A stretch of DNA of 24,000 bases from Paracoccaceae bacterium (GCA_050043005.1 JBHJIZ010000069.1:1-24000); one strand, 5' to 3'; shown: positions 14,685 to 22,351, numbered from the stretch's first letter. A program made the numbers and translations. The notes: a model not told the origin generated them from the letters alone.

Positions 14685-16784
14685 ATGCCGGTTGCCGCTG
14701 AGTACCCGTCGCTCAAAGTCCAGGCGGTCGACGCACCCGATGCCCATCACAATCTTGCTCGCATGACGTCAGGGGCGCTGCGCCGTATGGGGCTACGTGC
14801 TGGGTCGACCATTGCCGTTCACGGTGATCGAGTAAGCTATGCCCGGGTACTTCCCGGTCGCTCGGGCGCGCTGACCGAGACCGACATTGCCTTACCAGAG
14901 CTGGTGATCAGCAACTGCGGGGCAGGCATAGGACAGTCGATCCGGATTGAGCCGGTCGAGTTGCCGATCTTAGACAGCGTCAACATCGAAGTCGAAGATG
15001 GTCGCCCATTCCGCCACAATGAGTCGAAGTCCGGCTTGCTTGACCAACCGATCCGGATCGGCGATCGCGCGCTGCTCGTTCTGCCGACCAAAGAAGTTCG
15101 CTCCATCCGAATTCGCGATTGCGCTCCGGTCGAGGCGGGCTTGATCGGCCATCAGACCGATGTCGAGATCCTGGAAACCAAGCAGCCGCGAGCTTATCCG
15201 ACGGTCGGAGGGCTTTCGGCACAGATTGCGCGTGTTCGCGAGATGGTGGAGTTGCCGATCCGTCAGCCTGAGCTGTTCGCGCACCTCGGGATCGTCCCTC
15301 CGCGTGGCATCCTGTTCACCGGCCCGCCCGGCAGTGGCAAAACCCTGCTCGCCCGTGCTGTGGCTGAGCAAACCGACGCGCACTTCTACCACATCAACGC
15401 GCCCGAGATCGTCTCGAAGCATTATGGCGACTCAGAGAAGAAACTGCGCGACGTTTTCCAGGAAGCCGAGCGCAATGCGCCATCAGTGATCTTTATCGAC
15501 GAAATCGATGCAATTGCTCCCAAACGCGACAGCGTCTCTGGTGAAAAGCAGCTTGAGAAACGTGTGGTTGCGCAACTCCTGACGCTGATGGATGGACTGT
15601 CGGACCGTGGACAGGTTGTCCTGATGGCGGCGACGAACCTGCCGCACATGCTTGATCCCGCCCTGCGTCGACCTGGTCGCTTCGACCGCGAGGTGCCGTT
15701 CACCGCCCCGGATCGCGAAGCCCGTCAGGAAATTCTCTCGGTTCATACTGCAATGATGCCGCTGGCGGACGGCCTGGATCTGGCATCTGTCGCCGCCAAG
15801 ACCGATGGATTTGTCGGTGCGGATCTCGCCGCTGTAGCGCGGGAAGCTGCGATGGCGACGCTCCGGCGTTCGGGCGCCTTGGAGAGGTCAGTGGATGTTA
15901 CCCGACTTCAGGTCACACCCAATGATTTTACCGCCGCGCTCGCTGCCACGGGGCCGAGTGCGCTGCGCGAGACGCAGGTTCAAACGCCCGAAACCGCCTG
16001 GGCAGACGTTGGTGGCTTGGATGATACCAAGCAGATGCTCACCGAGGCCATCCTTTGGCCACTCAATCAACCACAACTTGCGCAGCAGCTCGGTCTTTCA
16101 CCAGTCTCGGGAGTGCTTCTGCATGGACCACCCGGTAGCGGCAAGACGCTCCTGGCGCGTGCACTGGCGTCAGAGAGCGGGCTGAACTTCATTCCAGTGC
16201 GCGGCGCACGGATTTTATCTCAGTATCTCGGCGAAGCCGAACGGATGATTGCCGAACTGTTTGCCCGGGCGCGCCATGCAGCGCCCTGCCTTATGTTCTT
16301 CGACGAGATCGACTCTCTGGCACCCAGCCGGGTAGCAGGGGACACGAACATCGCGCGCGTCGTTGCGCAATTGCTGATCGAGATTGATGGCATAGAAGGG
16401 CGAGGCGGGACGATCTTACTTGGTGCCACCAACCGGATTGAAGCAATCGATCCAGCCTTGTTGAGACCCGGCCGTTTCGATCTGACCGTCGAGATTGTGC
16501 ATCCCGACGCAACGGCCCGGACCAAGATTTTGGACGTTCACTGCCGCGGTAAGCCGCTGGCGGATGATGTGGACTTAAGTGCGTTGGCCGATGCATCCGA
16601 GGGTTGGAGTGGGGCCGAACTCGCCGCTCTTTGCCAGGGTGCCGCACGGCAGGCACTTCGGCGCACACTGCTTGCCGAGGTAGATGCTACCACGCCGAAC
16701 ATTACCTGTGCGGACTTCGATCGAGCCTTCGCGGAGCGGGTCGAAAGTGATGCGATCAGAAAGGGACCCAATCAATGCCTGTAG
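14685..16784 (+). CDS. CDC48/VCP/VAT-like ATPase with an N-domain and two AAA+ modules
   Basis: 699 aa. The N-terminal part looks like a CDC48_N barrel. D1 has GPPGSGKTLLARAVA and VIFIDEIDA, with pore loop SKHYGDSE. D2 has GPPGSGKTLLARALA and LMFFDEIDS, with pore loop SQYLGEAE. PALLRPGRFD-type second-region-of-homology motifs occur in both modules. Confidence 0.9.
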   Translation: MPVAAEYPSLKVQAVDAPDAHHNLARMTSGALRRMGLRAGSTIAVHGDRVSYARVLPGRSGALTETDIALPELVISNCGAGIGQSIRIEPVELPILDSVNIEVEDGRPFRHNESKSGLLDQPIRIGDRALLVLPTKEVRSIRIRDCAPVEAGLIGHQTDVEILETKQPRAYPTVGGLSAQIARVREMVELPIRQPELFAHLGIVPPRGILFTGPPGSGKTLLARAVAEQTDAHFYHINAPEIVSKHYGDSEKKLRDVFQEAERNAPSVIFIDEIDAIAPKRDSVSGEKQLEKRVVAQLLTLMDGLSDRGQVVLMAATNLPHMLDPALRRPGRFDREVPFTAPDREARQEILSVHTAMMPLADGLDLASVAAKTDGFVGADLAAVAREAAMATLRRSGALERSVDVTRLQVTPNDFTAALAATGPSALRETQVQTPETAWADVGGLDDTKQMLTEAILWPLNQPQLAQQLGLSPVSGVLLHGPPGSGKTLLARALASESGLNFIPVRGARILSQYLGEAERMIAELFARARHAAPCLMFFDEIDSLAPSRVAGDTNIARVVAQLLIEIDGIEGRGGTILLGATNRIEAIDPALLRPGRFDLTVEIVHPDATARTKILDVHCRGKPLADDVDLSALADASEGWSGAELAALCQGAARQALRRTLLAEVDATTPNITCADFDRAFAERVESDAIRKGPNQCL

Positions 16785-17776
16785 AGCTGATCGCGATCCT
16801 CGATCCTGAAAGCGCTGAAAATGTGCTTGAAGCGATACCCGATCCTTCCGCTCGGCTGATCACCACCGCAGGGTTAAGCGTGTGCGTGATTGAACCGCAG
16901 CGCCCACCGGGCGTGCTGGCGCGCTTGCTCGCAAATGCAAAAACCCTCACCGCGCCCATGATCGCAAGACAACAACTTTTCGAGCATCTTCTGCGATGCG
17001 GTGACGTGTTGCCGGTAAAGCCAGGAACGGTTCTGTCGGACCGTGACGTTCACACTTTCTTACGCACGAACGCAGAACTCCTGCGCGAAACGCATTGTAC
17101 GTTCACTGGACATGTTCAGTATCAGCTGAGCGTTCGGTGGAACCCGGCCCAGGCGTTGCAAAATTTTCGAGATGCACCAGAACTAGAAGGCTGTCATTCG
17201 GCTCAGGCAATTGCCGCAGCAGCGGAAGCGCTGCGTTCGCGCCTTGGACATTCGTTCGGAGAGGAACTCGACTCTGCGATCTCAAACCGGATTGCATTGC
17301 CAATCGACGGGATCGACACCGTTCTCAACACCGTATTGCTGGTTCATCGGGACGACACCAACAAGCTCGATCAGGCTCTCGAAAGGATCGATGCCATCTG
17401 GACCGAAGGATTGCAGCTCAAGCTGACTGGCCCCTTGCCGCCCATGAGTTTCGCGCTGGTTACACTGCGAAACATCAGTCCATCGGATCGGGATGAGGCG
17501 CGGGCGCTGCTCGGTGGCGTTGATGGTACTGACGCGGCTTCGATCGACCGAGCCTTTCGCGCTCGTGTGAAGCAGTCGCATGCGGATCTTGGTGGTGACG
17601 GCGACGACTTGAGCCCGCTTGTTGCAGCGCGCAATCTGCTTAAGCGGCTGCTCGAGGTCGACGCGGCGCTCGGCAGTTCAGTACCTAAAACTGCGATGCT
17701 TGCGGAGATTCGGTCAGACGACAAAGCCCAGCCCAAGCAGCCAGTTCCAGAACCTTCGATCGAGGCGGTCAGTTGA
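16775..17776 (+). CDS. GvpF/GvpL family protein (copy 2) with a C-terminal J-domain-like extension
   Basis: Residues 1-230 follow the GvpF/L layout (LFEHLLRCGDVLPVKPGTVL, VQYQLSVRW, NTVLLVHRDD, LTGPLPPMSF). Residues ~236-295 read EARALLGGVDGTDAASIDRAFRARVKQSHADLGGDGDDLSPLVAARNLL. The ATG overlaps the AAA gene end by 10 nt. Confidence 0.8.
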   Translation: MPVELIAILDPESAENVLEAIPDPSARLITTAGLSVCVIEPQRPPGVLARLLANAKTLTAPMIARQQLFEHLLRCGDVLPVKPGTVLSDRDVHTFLRTNAELLRETHCTFTGHVQYQLSVRWNPAQALQNFRDAPELEGCHSAQAIAAAAEALRSRLGHSFGEELDSAISNRIALPIDGIDTVLNTVLLVHRDDTNKLDQALERIDAIWTEGLQLKLTGPLPPMSFALVTLRNISPSDRDEARALLGGVDGTDAASIDRAFRARVKQSHADLGGDGDDLSPLVAARNLLKRLLEVDAALGSSVPKTAMLAEIRSDDKAQPKQPVPEPSIEAVS

Positions 17777-18495
17777 GCTGGATGCTGAATGGAATTGCCT
17801 GGGCCGAACCAGGCCGCCCAGACGGGGCCCCAGAACACAACCGGATCGTGAAAGATCGGCTGTGTGCCTTGGTGACCCAAGCCCATGGCCTTGGCGACCT
17901 CCTAGCGTCACGGATCCTAGACCAGTCAGTTGAGCAGGAGCTGCGGTCTTATGATGGTTTGTTGCAAAGCTACGCAGACGAACAAGACATAATGCCGATG
18001 CGGTTTGGCACGTGCGTTGCCACGCTTGACGATGTCCAAGATCTGCTCGGACGGCACGAGGTCACCTCCACTAACTGGCTGCGGTCGTTCGCGGGTCGGC
18101 GGGAGTTTGCGGTGCGCGTGCAACGCGAAACCGATCCGTCACTTCAGGTCGAGCCGCATGCAGATGGAGGACGAAATTACCTCGCGCGGCAGTTAGCATC
18201 GCGCAAGGCGGTCGAGCAGTCGCGCGAACAAACACAACAGTTTCTGTTCCGCACGCAAATGACCCTGGAAAGCTATGGTGTGCTTCAGAAACTCGCGAAG
18301 GTCCCCTCGGCCGAACACCGGATCGCGGGATGGGCATGTCTGATCAGCAGAGTGCGCATTGAGGCCCTGTGCCAGGCAGTTGAAACTCTGAACAGCGACG
18401 CCCAGGCGCTTGGCCTTTCTGTGACTGTTTCGGGTCCGCACGCGCCGTTTGCTTTCGCCGCGTTAGAGATTGGCTGTAAGGATCCGATCCAGTGA
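17773..18495 (+). CDS. GvpF/GvpL family protein (copy 3)
   Basis: DGLLQSYADEQDIMPMRFGTCVATLDDV, GRREFAVRV, NYLARQLA, WACLISR and VSGPHAPFAF are present. The TTG start overlaps the previous stop (TTGA); an alternative ATG lies at 17782. Confidence 0.8.
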   Translation: MSWMLNGIAWAEPGRPDGAPEHNRIVKDRLCALVTQAHGLGDLLASRILDQSVEQELRSYDGLLQSYADEQDIMPMRFGTCVATLDDVQDLLGRHEVTSTNWLRSFAGRREFAVRVQRETDPSLQVEPHADGGRNYLARQLASRKAVEQSREQTQQFLFRTQMTLESYGVLQKLAKVPSAEHRIAGWACLISRVRIEALCQAVETLNSDAQALGLSVTVSGPHAPFAFAALEIGCKDPIQ

Positions 18496-18692
18496 GTTGC
18501 ACCGCACCAACTGCTTCGCAAGGCGATGGGACTCGTTTGATCGAAGTGCTTGATCGTTTGCTCGACCGTGGTGTCGTGATTCGCGGTGAACTTTGGTTGA
18601 CGGTGGCCGACGTCGAGCTTGTGTTCATCGGTGCCGATCTGGTCATCGCCTCGGCTGAGCGCATGCGCCTCGCCCGCGAAGAGATCGCGTGA
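18492..18692 (+). CDS. gvpS: Small GvpA/J/M-family protein (GvpS-like)
   Basis: 66 aa. LIEVLDRLLDRGVVIRGELWLTVADVELVFIGADLVIASAE carries the GvpA-family core (L...LDR.LD.GVVI.G...........L......L.IAS). The GTG start overlaps the previous stop. Confidence 0.7.
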   Translation: MSCTAPTASQGDGTRLIEVLDRLLDRGVVIRGELWLTVADVELVFIGADLVIASAERMRLAREEIA

Positions 18693-19300
18693 TGAGCTCG
18701 CACTGCCTCGGGCTGTCGAGTGATGTCTCTGCGCTGCCGCAGAGCTTTGGGAGCTCGCGGATCGATGCGGACTTGCACCTGATAACAGGCGACGCAGCCT
18801 CTCGAGCTCAACACGCTGAACAGACGGGACTCCTGTCTCGCGGGCTTGAAGCGTTTCTACCATTCGGGCCCGGTATGTCCGATACGGAAGTGGTCTGCGA
18901 AGCGGTTCGCAAGGCACCGCACCTTTGGCAACGTGCTTTGAAACGTATTGCTGGCTGCATCGAGATCGTCGCCACTGCGACTTGGTCGCATCGAGACAAA
19001 AACGAAGACACTGTGGGCGCAGAGAACTGGTTGCGTCATCGATCTGATGAACTGCGGCAGCAGCGCGTCATTCAAGACCGTGCGCAGCAAGCCGTGCTCG
19101 ACGCTGCGCGCCGCGGTTCGATTCAGGTTCGTGGGAGCAACCTTGCCCCTTTCCAGGGCGGTCTGGACATCGCCCTGCTTATCCCGCGCAGGCAAGATGG
19201 TCTTGCACTTGATCGACTGAACGTTTCAGACTCGGGGATCAATCTCACAACTTCTGGTCCTTGGCCCTGTTTCAGTTTCGCCAGCCCCGTGGCTGGATAA
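18689..19300 (+). CDS. Divergent short GvpF/GvpL-like protein (copy 4)
   Basis: 203 aa. FLPFGPGM (compare LP.RFG), CIEIVATATW, ENWLRHRSDEL, LDIALLIPRRQ and the C-terminal TSGPWPCFSF (compare GPWPPY.F) follow the family order, but the N-terminus is atypical. Confidence 0.55.
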   Translation: MMSSHCLGLSSDVSALPQSFGSSRIDADLHLITGDAASRAQHAEQTGLLSRGLEAFLPFGPGMSDTEVVCEAVRKAPHLWQRALKRIAGCIEIVATATWSHRDKNEDTVGAENWLRHRSDELRQQRVIQDRAQQAVLDAARRGSIQVRGSNLAPFQGGLDIALLIPRRQDGLALDRLNVSDSGINLTTSGPWPCFSFASPVAG

Positions 19301-19316
19301 GCGATAGGAGCGCAGT

Positions 19317-19652
19317 GTGATTGAAACACTCAACACCCCCGAGACGCAGAACCGGATCAACAGCTTGCTTGAGGAACACTGCGACGCAAAGGGGCGGTTG
19401 GCGCTCGACCCCAAAACACTGGAACGCGATCTCGCTCGCTTGGTCCTAGCGATCATGGAGATGCTGCGCGAGTTGATGGAACTGCAGGCCATTCGGCGGT
19501 TCGAGGCAGGTAGCTTGACACCCAAGCAAGAAGAAGATCTCGGCGAGGCTCTGTTCAGGTCGCGGGCAAAGCTGCGAGAAGTCGCACAATCCTTTGGTCT
19601 CTCAGAACAGGATCTCAACCTTGGGCTGACACTGAACACTGACAGCCTTTGA
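19317..19652 (+). CDS. gvpK: Gas vesicle protein GvpK
   Basis: LARLVLAIMEMLRELMELQAIRRFEAGSLTPKQEEDLGEALFRSRAKLREVAQSFGLSEQDLNLGL matches the GvpK signature (L..LVL...E.LR.L.E.QA.RR.E.G.L......LG......). GTG start with AGGAG 6 nt upstream. Confidence 0.85.
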   Translation: MIETLNTPETQNRINSLLEEHCDAKGRLALDPKTLERDLARLVLAIMEMLRELMELQAIRRFEAGSLTPKQEEDLGEALFRSRAKLREVAQSFGLSEQDLNLGLTLNTDSL

Positions 19653-19666
19653 GAACGGAGTGATTC

Positions 19667-21133
19667 ATGAACGAACTTGTTAGCAAGCTCTGCCGTGCCG
19701 AGCTGATCACGCATTTGCTTGAGATCGACGAAGAGACCGCGTCCGAGAAAGAAGCCGCAGCATGCGTACTGAACGTTCTCGATGCACAGGTCTTTCGAAT
19801 TGCTCCGTACCTTTACGGCGTTAACTTGTCTTCGATGACAGATGCCACTGACGCGGAGAGGGTCGAGAACATCTCGGAGGCCTTAACTGCACGCCTGGGG
19901 CCGGGTTCGGTCGGCGTCACAACACTCATACTGGATCCTCAACAGGACGATGCCGCCACCGGTGAGGTCGAGGAAAACACGCTGCTATTGATGCAGGCCG
20001 TCGCAACCGCAGCCGACCAGGTCACGTCAGAGGACGGCCCCGAAAGGGGCGCAATACTCAGCGCCGAATTCGCTGTTCGTGCAGCGGAGCTGACCGCCCG
20101 TGGATTGGCGGAACTCGCCGTTTCGGCACCGCCTGCTGGCGAGGAAATCGCACCTGCTCTTGAAGCAACGACGAACGCATTGCACGCGCTCGAGTTGCGT
20201 CTCGACCATTTGGAGTTGCGGTTCGGTGAAATTTCCGAGGCCAGTAGGGAAAAGATGCAGGACTGGGCGGATTCGAGTTTGCGCAAACCGCTACGAGATG
20301 TTGAAAGTCAGCTCGCTGGCATCCGTTCTGTTCAATCCGAGACCATCGATGACTGGGGTGCTCGGATCGGCACACGGCTCGATACTCTTGAGCAGGGGCA
20401 GATCCCGGCCGAGTGGTTTCTTGGCCAGATAATGTCGCGGATCGGAGATCTTGACGAGCAACTCTCAGGCAACGAGCAAGAGCAGCGTCAAACAGCATTG
20501 GAATGGGCTCGCCGCCTCGATAGTCGGATCTCGGCTGTGGCGGATCAACTCATACCACCCGAGTGGTTCCTGGGCCGCGTCATGGCTCGTATAGGTGAAT
20601 TGGACCAGCAGCTTTCCAGTTCTCAGCGCGATGCGGAAACAGCAGCGATCGACTGGGCTGAACGTTTGGACGACCGCGTCACGACGATCTCCGGCAGTCT
20701 TGCCCCGCCCGAATGGCTGGTGGGACGCATAATTGAAAGGATCGACGCTCTCGAGGTTCAACTTTCGCCTGCCGAGAGAGAACCGCACGCGGATCGGGAC
20801 GCGCTGATGTCTGACTTCTCCCACAAGCTCGAGCCGTTGGCGTCTACAATCGATGAGATGAATGGGCGCCTTGCTGCCCTTGTGACTCGAGAACCAGCCA
20901 CCGAAGGCAAAATCGATACACCACAGATTGCCGAGTTGGCTTTGAGTCATGAGCGCTTGAACAAGTCATTCAGCAAACTGAAGACCGAGGTATCAACACT
21001 CGCGAAAAGACATACTCAATCTGCCAACGAAACCAGTAAATCTCTGGATTTGATCCGCTGCGGATTGGCCGAAATTTTAGCTCAGATTCAAATAAAAAAT
21101 GATAATAATCATAGTATAGAGCAATATACTTGA
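19667..21133 (+). CDS. 488-aa helical protein with three exact-period 50-aa tandem repeats; unknown family
   Basis: RBS GGAG 7 nt upstream. The repeats start at W230, W280 and W330: DWGARIGTRLDTLEQGQIPAEWFLGQIMSRIGDLDEQLS / EWARRLDSRISAVADQLIPPEWFLGRVMARIGELDQQLS / DWAERLDDRVTTISGSLAPPEWLVGRIIERIDALEVQLS. Degenerate half-units flank them. This is the last gene before gvpA. Confidence 0.7.
   Translation: MNELVSKLCRAELITHLLEIDEETASEKEAAACVLNVLDAQVFRIAPYLYGVNLSSMTDATDAERVENISEALTARLGPGSVGVTTLILDPQQDDAATGEVEENTLLLMQAVATAADQVTSEDGPERGAILSAEFAVRAAELTARGLAELAVSAPPAGEEIAPALEATTNALHALELRLDHLELRFGEISEASREKMQDWADSSLRKPLRDVESQLAGIRSVQSETIDDWGARIGTRLDTLEQGQIPAEWFLGQIMSRIGDLDEQLSGNEQEQRQTALEWARRLDSRISAVADQLIPPEWFLGRVMARIGELDQQLSSSQRDAETAAIDWAERLDDRVTTISGSLAPPEWLVGRIIERIDALEVQLSPAEREPHADRDALMSDFSHKLEPLASTIDEMNGRLAALVTREPATEGKIDTPQIAELALSHERLNKSFSKLKTEVSTLAKRHTQSANETSKSLDLIRCGLAEILAQIQIKNDNNHSIEQYT
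20354..20803 (+). repeat. Three tandem 150-bp coding repeats (diverged at the DNA level, conserved at the protein level)
   Basis: Codons 230-379 of the 19667-21133 ORF. The unit length is exactly 50 codons, judged from the conserved Trp positions and the PPEW(F/L)(L/V)GR motif. Confidence 0.8.
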
Positions 21134-21175
21134 CGGCTCTTGCGAGTTTTGGCGGATCTGATATGATTTATAATA
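21075..21175 (+). promoter_or_regulatory. AT-rich candidate promoter region for gvpA
   Basis: There are two sigma70-like pairs: TTAGCT (21077-21082), 18 nt spacer, GATAAT (21101-21106, preceded by T to give TGATAAT); and TTGCGA (21140-21145), 16 nt spacer, TATGAT (21162-21167), with TATAAT at 21169-21174. The first pair lies in the AT-rich last codons of the repeat-protein gene. Pattern match only. Confidence 0.35.
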
Positions 21176-21265
21176 TGGTAATTCATGATCGTTACGCATA
21201 GTTGCGCTTCCACGCGAATCTTGGGGAAGCGTGTTTGGTGAACTCTACGTGGAGAGGAAAGCATT

Positions 21266-21478
21266 ATGGCGATCGAGAAGAGTGTCGCGTCCACCAGCCT
21301 GGCCGAAGTCGTTGACCGGATTCTGGACAAGGGCGTCGTTATTGACGCCTTCGTTCGCGTTTCCCTGGTCGGCATCGAACTCCTGGCTGTTGAAGTTCGT
21401 GCCGTTGTGGCGTCCGTTGAGACTTGGTTGAAGTACGCCGAGGCAATTGGCTTGACGGTCGACCCGCAAGCGGCCTGA
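21266..21478 (+). CDS. gvpA: Major gas vesicle structural protein GvpA
   Basis: 70 aa. [63 protein letters not shown] matches canonical GvpA along nearly its whole length. RBS GGAGAGGA. Confidence 0.95.
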   Translation: MAIEKSVASTSLAEVVDRILDKGVVIDAFVRVSLVGIELLAVEVRAVVASVETWLKYAEAIGLTVDPQAA

Positions 21479-21485
21479 CGAAAAA

Positions 21486-21512
21486 CGGTCAGGTCTTCCC
21501 GAGACCTGACCG
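21486..21512 (+). terminator. Strong hairpin terminator after gvpA
   Basis: An 11-bp perfect stem, cggtcaggtct (21486-21496) with agacctgaccg (21502-21512), has a 5-nt loop and starts 7 nt after the gvpA stop. It is preceded by an A-run and followed by TATATCGA, so the U-tract is weak. Confidence 0.65.
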
Positions 21513-21685
21513 TATATCGACTGGTCATACGATTTACTGACTGACCCCAAGACGCCTGATCAACCGGTGATGGCTGTGGAAGTCTAATTGCCTGTTCCCG
21601 ACAGTTCCCTCGCGTCCTCACCATCGCGCAGCGCAACCATGGTAGCAGTCAGTGGACATCGCCGTTAGCAGAGTGGTGTGAGAGA

Positions 21686-22351
21686 ATGACGAAAAACTTT
21701 CGATCAGAAGCGCAATCGGTCCGGGCGGCAGCACAAGCCAAGCTGAGCGAGCTGCGTATGCAGCGTCGTGACAAGCGTCTCGCTGCGCAATCTAATCCAT
21801 CTGTCGACCAGGCTTCAGAAGTAGCAACGCCAGTCGAAGCGTCTGCGAAACCAGAAAGCGTGTCGAAAAAAACGACGACGTCGACAGCGAAACGGCAGAC
21901 AAAGAAAGCTGAGGGTGACGTACCTGCCAAGCGACCCAAGCGACGCACATCAGCACGCAAGGCCACCGGAGGTGAAAAAACTACCGAGAACGCACGTTCA
22001 GATAAGCAGTCGATTCAAGTTTCTGCGGCAGCGCAATCGATCTCGAGCGAAGTCTCACATGAGACAAAGAAACAAACCGAGCGGTCCAAATCAGCAAGAC
22101 CATCCTATAAGAAAGCGAGCGCAGTACCAAAGGCTGTGCAACAGGAGCGCGCATCCGACTCAGACCTTGGAACCCTTCCGGGTGTAGGAGAAGGTCTGGT
22201 GCGCCTATTCCAGAATTGCAATGTCAACTCTTTGCAAGATCTCGCTAATGCCGATCCAACGAAATTGAGAAAAAAGATGGGATTGCCAGGCGAGCTTCTA
22301 AATATAGAATCTTGGATAGAAGTTGCGAAAACTTCTGACCACGCCCCTTAG
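21686..22351 (+). CDS. Lys/Ala/Ser-rich basic protein with a C-terminal helix-hairpin-helix (DUF4332-like) module
   Basis: 221 aa. About 150 aa are low-complexity and basic (KRQTKKAEGDVPAKRPKRRTSARK...). They are followed by DLGTLPGVGEGLVRLFQNCNVNSLQDLANADPTKLRKKMG, an HhH-type pattern (L..(I/L)PG(I/V)G......L...G(I/V)....DLA). The RBS is weak. Confidence 0.55.
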   Translation: MTKNFRSEAQSVRAAAQAKLSELRMQRRDKRLAAQSNPSVDQASEVATPVEASAKPESVSKKTTTSTAKRQTKKAEGDVPAKRPKRRTSARKATGGEKTTENARSDKQSIQVSAAAQSISSEVSHETKKQTERSKSARPSYKKASAVPKAVQQERASDSDLGTLPGVGEGLVRLFQNCNVNSLQDLANADPTKLRKKMGLPGELLNIESWIEVAKTSDHAP

